DNA from: Nemertoderma westbladi
Taxonomy: Eukaryota; Animalia; Xenacoelomorpha
Length of the DNA stretch: 64,000 bases
Reading direction: 5' to 3'
Assembly (NCBI GenBank): GCA_032718475.1
Contig: JAUCBJ010006667.1
Location: 1-64,000 of the forward strand
The notes below the pieces were generated by a model that worked only from the letters and a program-made list of their open reading frames with translations, was not told the origin of the DNA and did not search any database. Positions 58,544 through 64,000 of this stretch are shown here, piece after piece (position 1 is the first letter of the stretch; the number at the start of each line of letters is the position of its first letter). The translations under genes were made by a program, and so were the position numbers.

Positions 58544-61500
58544 TAACATATGGAGTGGGCGTGTGACTATATCATTTTATATTTGTTTTTATTTTATATT
58601 TATGTATGTATTATTATGTAATTTTATTATAATCGTTTTCTTTAATGTTATTTAGTAGAATGTTATTTTAGTGATTATTTAGTAGATTAGTGCAATATAT
58701 TATTGTTTATTACGTACGTAATTACTTATAATATATATTTAGTGCGGCGGCGAGAAATAATTATTTTTCTCTTTCCTTACTGTCCGTATCATATTATAAA
58801 TACGTGACTACAGTAAGATGAAATGTCCGTACTTATTAAAGTACAATAAAGCCACTACTATATTCAAGTATTATTGGTAGGCAGAGTATTAGGAATGCAA
58901 AGTTCAGATCCTCGTGTCTCGGCTAAACCAAGCTCTGGGTATACCTTGGAAACGACTTGCCTCTTCACACTGACATTGCTTCGTGCGATATTGCTCTCAT
59001 ACCATATATAATAATACATATAGTAGCGTGATGTCCCTCTAACAGTAGCGTGAAACGCAAATAAATCTGTTAAACCTTTTGACCATCTGTAATTCTAGTC
59101 GATTAAGATATCGCGGCACCCACCAATATACTTGAAAGACAAATTCTAGAATCAGTGGTTAACGTCCCCAGACAAGTTCTGGAATAAATTGGTGCCCATC
59201 TCAAATATTAATTATTTAATATTTATAAATCTATAAATCAAAATCTGTAAAATTCAGATCCTTTAACAATTCTAGTCGATTAAGATATCGTAGCACTTAC
59301 CGATACTCTTAAAAGACAATTTTCATAGAATTAAGGATCCTATGTCCCCAGACCTGTTCTGGAATCAAATTGTGTCAATTGCACTATCAAATAATAAAAT
59401 TTCAGGGAATAAATTTGAATTCATATTTTAATGAATTTAATAAATTGTCATTCTGTGCAATTTATAACATTCCCAAAATCCCATTAATTAATAGATCACG
59501 GGAGCGGAGATTCATCCTATTAAGTGTGTTAGAGTGTGAGAATCTCCCATGTATGAGTCAATAGCCGATAAAATTTATAAAATCATATATAAACGAGATA
59601 TTGGACCATTAAAGAATTACTATTAAATAGCATCCCAGATCTGTATGCATTGGAATTACCCTAATTCTACCGCTAGCTTTCCATAATGTCACCATAGTAA
59701 CACCCACGCTAGAATTAGAAACAAGTTAAAAGGAACAATAAAAACTTGCCCATTGCATAGAGTAAGAAATAAATAGCGCACTGCTAGTATCCAAGGATAC
59801 ATAATAATAACGTGGCATTCTGGAAGGCACTGACTAACGGACAAATGGCCCGAGTGTGTGTAATTTGTGACAGTTGTGTGTGTGGAATTTGTGAGTTTAT
59901 AGGCGAATGTTACTACTAAGGTGTGTTTACAGTAGCGAGTCGCAATTGTGAAAGTAACCCTAACTCTCCAGTAAGAACCTGAAGTGAATCTAAGCCTTTG
60001 GGACGGACAGTGGAGTGACTCGTGCTAGTGTCGTTGTCGTTGTGTAGCTACACGTTGGCGGAAAACACAGCGACGACGATACATTTGCGCTGAGGATCTT
60101 ACACTGTCCGGGGGCTGATTGGGGTAGGCAGCGACGCTCGCTAGCCTAATTATAAGCTCATTATAATATTAATAAACTCATATATAGCAGATATAACGGA
60201 GTTGATAGAAGATGGTCTTGGTATCGGGGAGCGATATACTCTACCTTTACAAGTGTTTGTTGATAGCTTGATACGCGGCGACGCTAGTCCAACTACTACG
60301 GAGGACGATGGTCGTTATATCGAACCGACGATTTCCTAGAAGCAACTTACGCGTGAATTGGACTATGGAAAATTCACCGCTCGCTACACGCATCGTAATA
60401 GTACGTATATGGACTTCTTAACCATTGGCCATTCTATCGATTCACACGATACGGACTATGTCGAACATATATCCTACCCAGCGGAGTCGGAACGATAAAC
60501 TGAAATTCGAATGCGAAAATTCTATTCGAAATCGACTCGAAAGAAAAGACATTAGAGAGACAAATGGACGCAGTAACTCTAACGTATATTTTGGAATTCT
60601 TGATAGAAGCATTGTAACAACAAATAAATATCATCCGCGTTTCCCCTACCAGACGTGCGTCTTTGGTATTATTATGATAAATGCCCTAGACCCAACTAAC
60701 AAACGGAAAGACATAAACATCCACGGAAACCGAAACTTGTTCGACATATCACCTACGCTCGCTCGACTCAGACGATCCTTGAGTAAACCTACGATCATAG
60801 TTCCGGAATACTCGGTCAGACCACCTCGTTCCTTGATTAGACCTCAGACTTTCGATTCTGATGGTATCCCGGATCCTCACGAGCTGTATTCACTGTTCAA
60901 AGATCTAGTGCTACCCTAACAATTAATCGGTAACACTCCAGCAGCGAGCTCTAGCTAGCCGCCCATCTTACCTAGCCGTATTGGGACACGGACACCTAAT
61001 ATCACCATTCAACCGTATGGTCGTCCCAGTTTAACGCGATACAACCCTTCATCAAGTTGAAGGAGAACGTTGTACGAAACGAGTTAAACGCTATTCTACA
61101 AAGATCAGAAAGGAAACCTGCGTTTGTTCAGATAAACGTAAGTTATAACAGCAAGTCCAAGCGGTAAACGAATTGGCTTTATCTCAGTTCGATTGGGAAA
61201 TCTTGAATCTCTAAGAAGATATCGAGCTTAGACAACCCTATTCTCTGCGAGAGTTTTGGACGAGCGTGTCCAACGACAAGCGGAGGAAAATCAGCTCGAG
61301 GAGAAGCAGATCGAAATGGACGAGACACTGACCGTAACCCTAAACCTTCTGATGCAATTGTATTGCACCCTTCACCCAGGAGTTATAGCCCTCCTAGTAA
61401 AGTGGCTCGCTCCAAAGAGAAAAGGACTCTTGCTAGTCTCAAGAAACTGCGTAAACGCCATCCGCGCAAGAAAAACTAACTGTTTAGAGTATCTTTATAT

Positions 61501-61556
61501 TTTAGAAACTGTGATTTTTATATTTTATAGATTAAAATCCCATTTTCTGGGAGCGG

Positions 61557-62774
61557 TGTAAAAGCTTTTGCGGAATTGCCCGGTTATTTTCCCCGTAAAG
61601 TACTCTGTAGTTGGTTTAGCAGGCATAAAAGGCCGTGTCATTGCTGTACCGGTGTTTTTAGGGGACATAAAAGCTATTTCTTCTGTATGTGTACTTTAGA
61701 GGACATAATTAGCAATTCTATGACGCAACGCCCTAGATCCTCTTGAAACAGTATCGTTACTATGACGACAGCTAATGGCTGAGCTTTACATGTGTAGCTT
61801 GCCCAGAGCCTTGCCTTGGTTCTTTGTTCTGCTCAGCTCAAAATGACGACATCTATCAGCTGTGTCCACGTGGAGCTCTTTGCCATTCGACCAATCAGAG
61901 ATTCCCTCTTTGTGTAAAAGCTGTACAGCAGAATTACAGGGTTCAGTACTGACGTTTCCCCCACGCCTAGAACACCGGCCGGGGAATGTTTTCTGACATT
62001 AGAGCGTCTTTAATTATAAGATCATCAAACGGTTATCACGGTTTTGCACCTCGGCATCTGATTAAGCACCCTGACGTAAACTGCTTTTCGCCGCATTATT
62101 TACTGCTATTTACTGTGTTGTTAATTGTATCGTTCGTTTACAAATTATTATTGGGAAGAATATTGATAACGATCCGAAAACCCAATCTTCTTGATACACT
62201 AAGGTTAGAGAGACCGGTTACATATAACAATTTGCGACATACATTATAGTGGTTTGTAGTGAGTTCAATGCTACTTAATAGGCCCTACAAATGTCGGTTG
62301 TTATTCTCTTTATATATGATTAAAATCAGTGAATGTCGGCAATTCAGTGTGCAGTTGTGTGCAATAGTCTGTGTGCTTGACCGAGTAACAAAGCATTTCC
62401 TAAAGAATGCACTTTGGTGATCTATAAGACATACTGTTGTGTATAGTGTAAGTCATAGCTCTGTTTAAATAGATAGAGCGCCACGTCCTAAAGGAACTGC
62501 TAATATTTCCCTAAAGTGAATAATATTCGTCAGAGATTATATATTAACGATCAATCGAATAGTACGGTAGGCCTGCACCGCAATCAAATTAAAGCATCCA
62601 AATCCAGTCTCCCGGGTATATCCAGCGGGTGAATGGTCGCGCACAGACTGGCTTTGGCTAATGTTAGAATTATTATAGGTGTTCAATACTTGTCATAGGC
62701 TGGAGTAGATTTATAACCTAGAAGACATATAGATTTGGCGGGTTAAACTGCCAAAGGTCTTAAAAGCGCGAACA
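61557..62774 (+). repeat. 3' LTR of BEL element 2
   Basis: Preceded by purine-rich GGGAGCGG and followed by the TSD. Confidence 0.95.
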
Positions 62775-63960
62775 CCTGGGCTGGATTGCCTGCTATCATC
62801 AGCATTGTTAATGGCATCAACCTGCTTAACACGATACGCTCCTTTAGATTATCATAGTACTGCCTGTTAAGGGACCGAGATGCAGCCTTATATGCATCCT
62901 TGGCTGTCCTAGTGTTCCCGTGTCGGTACTCATTCTACGCCTTAGAGAGGTCATTTCGAGTTTTCCGGTTCGCTTCTTGAACTGGGTTCCAGCCGAAAAC
63001 AGTCCATTTCCAGACATGAAATTCTTAAGATGGGCGGAATCTCGGTTTACACTATTGCTATAGATAGCAGGGCGATGTAGATGAATGGTAGACTTGCTTA
63101 AAGTTACCCAGGAAAGTTAAGAATGCATGCTGATCCACTCCATCAGTTAAGTGTTTGTAGATTGTGGTAGCAATTTCCCACCTATTTTACTGGGGCAAGT
63201 GGCAACACTAGTTGGAGAGTAGCACACAATCAGAACTACCTTGGTAAACTTCTTGGATGATGCGGTTGGAGATTTGGTCTATTTTGCCCACTGGTGCATG
63301 TGCAGTTGGATTCATTAATAGATCAATTCCACCATTGCCACTATCCTCCGCCGATGCGAGGGCGAGTCGCCAACCGCCCCAATGTCCTTAATCAGAACCT
63401 CATCAGTCTGTCCAGTCTGCATTCGGTGCTCTTGAATACGCTCTGCACTAAGGCAAAGCTTATCAGTAAGCAGTAAGCTGTGCAGTTGGGCAGTAAGCTC
63501 GCCTTGTCGCATTGTCGCACTTCACCAAAGGCTTGGTTGGTCGGGGGGAACGTGAGATTAGCCTCCGACTACAGAATCCCTCTCCACCTCGCAATCTGGC
63601 CTCACAGGTGACCGAGGGTTTGGTCCAGAAAAGTCACCAGGAAAGGGACTAACAGAATTGTTGGCCGCTCTCTTTCCAGTAGGGGGTGAGACAGGCAGAC
63701 AGGTGCAGGTCGCAGTACAATGCGTACAATTTGGAGATGAGAGGACTCACTCTTGACCAGCCATTGGTAGATTACCATCTGCCTGGTCAGGCCATATACC
63801 CTTGCAGCCGAGTACGTGGGTCATTAACACAGGGCCAAGGGCGTTCATATCCCAGAACGAAGGGGGTCCTAGTTACAGGACCAGTGCAGCCACAGGTGTC
63901 ACCTCCTTTATGCGGCATGGAGGTGGCAAGTTTTCTGTATCAATGACCCAGAATCCCTGA
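62775..63960 (-). mobile_element. RTE-like LINE, 5' UTR and endonuclease region (degenerate)
   Basis: IQEHR endonuclease-like motif (ORF 63315-63512). Sequence joins 50238 across the TSD CCTGG. Confidence 0.65.
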
Positions 63961-64000
63961 CCTGACCTGGACAAACTATGGTACAAACTATGCTTCTACT

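Larger units (their letters stand above)
50239..62774 (+). mobile_element. Non-autonomous BEL/Pao LTR retrotransposon (12.5 kb)
   Basis: 1218-bp LTRs 50239-51456 and 61557-62774 (TG...CA, about 6 differences), 5-bp TSD CCTGG, and gag-protease ORFs without RT or integrase core. Confidence 0.95.

Overview
Eukaryotic (animal, probably invertebrate) genomic DNA: AT-rich, repeat-dense intergenic sequence with GC/CpG-rich, almost intron-free coding regions. Host genes are WDR91 (2 exons), POLA2, WDR34/DYNC2I2 and RPL11 (each with a single-exon CDS), plus the terminal exon of an otopetrin. There are two BEL/Pao LTR retrotransposons. The first (36033-47440, 5-bp TSD GATCA) sits exactly inside Box A of a U3 snoRNA gene. 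It has a non-canonical 3' end, a leader segment complementary to U3, and an array of covarying hairpins after pol. The second (50239-62774, TSD CCTGG) is a non-autonomous gag-protease element nested in an RTE-like LINE. It lacks a tRNA PBS and has an 11-nt PBS complementary to its own LTR, suggesting Tf1-like self-priming. The rest holds two large minisatellites, many non-autonomous hAT/MULE/Helentron-like elements, tRNA-like heads and a probable P-type excision footprint. All calls come from reading the sequence by eye; no database searches were run.
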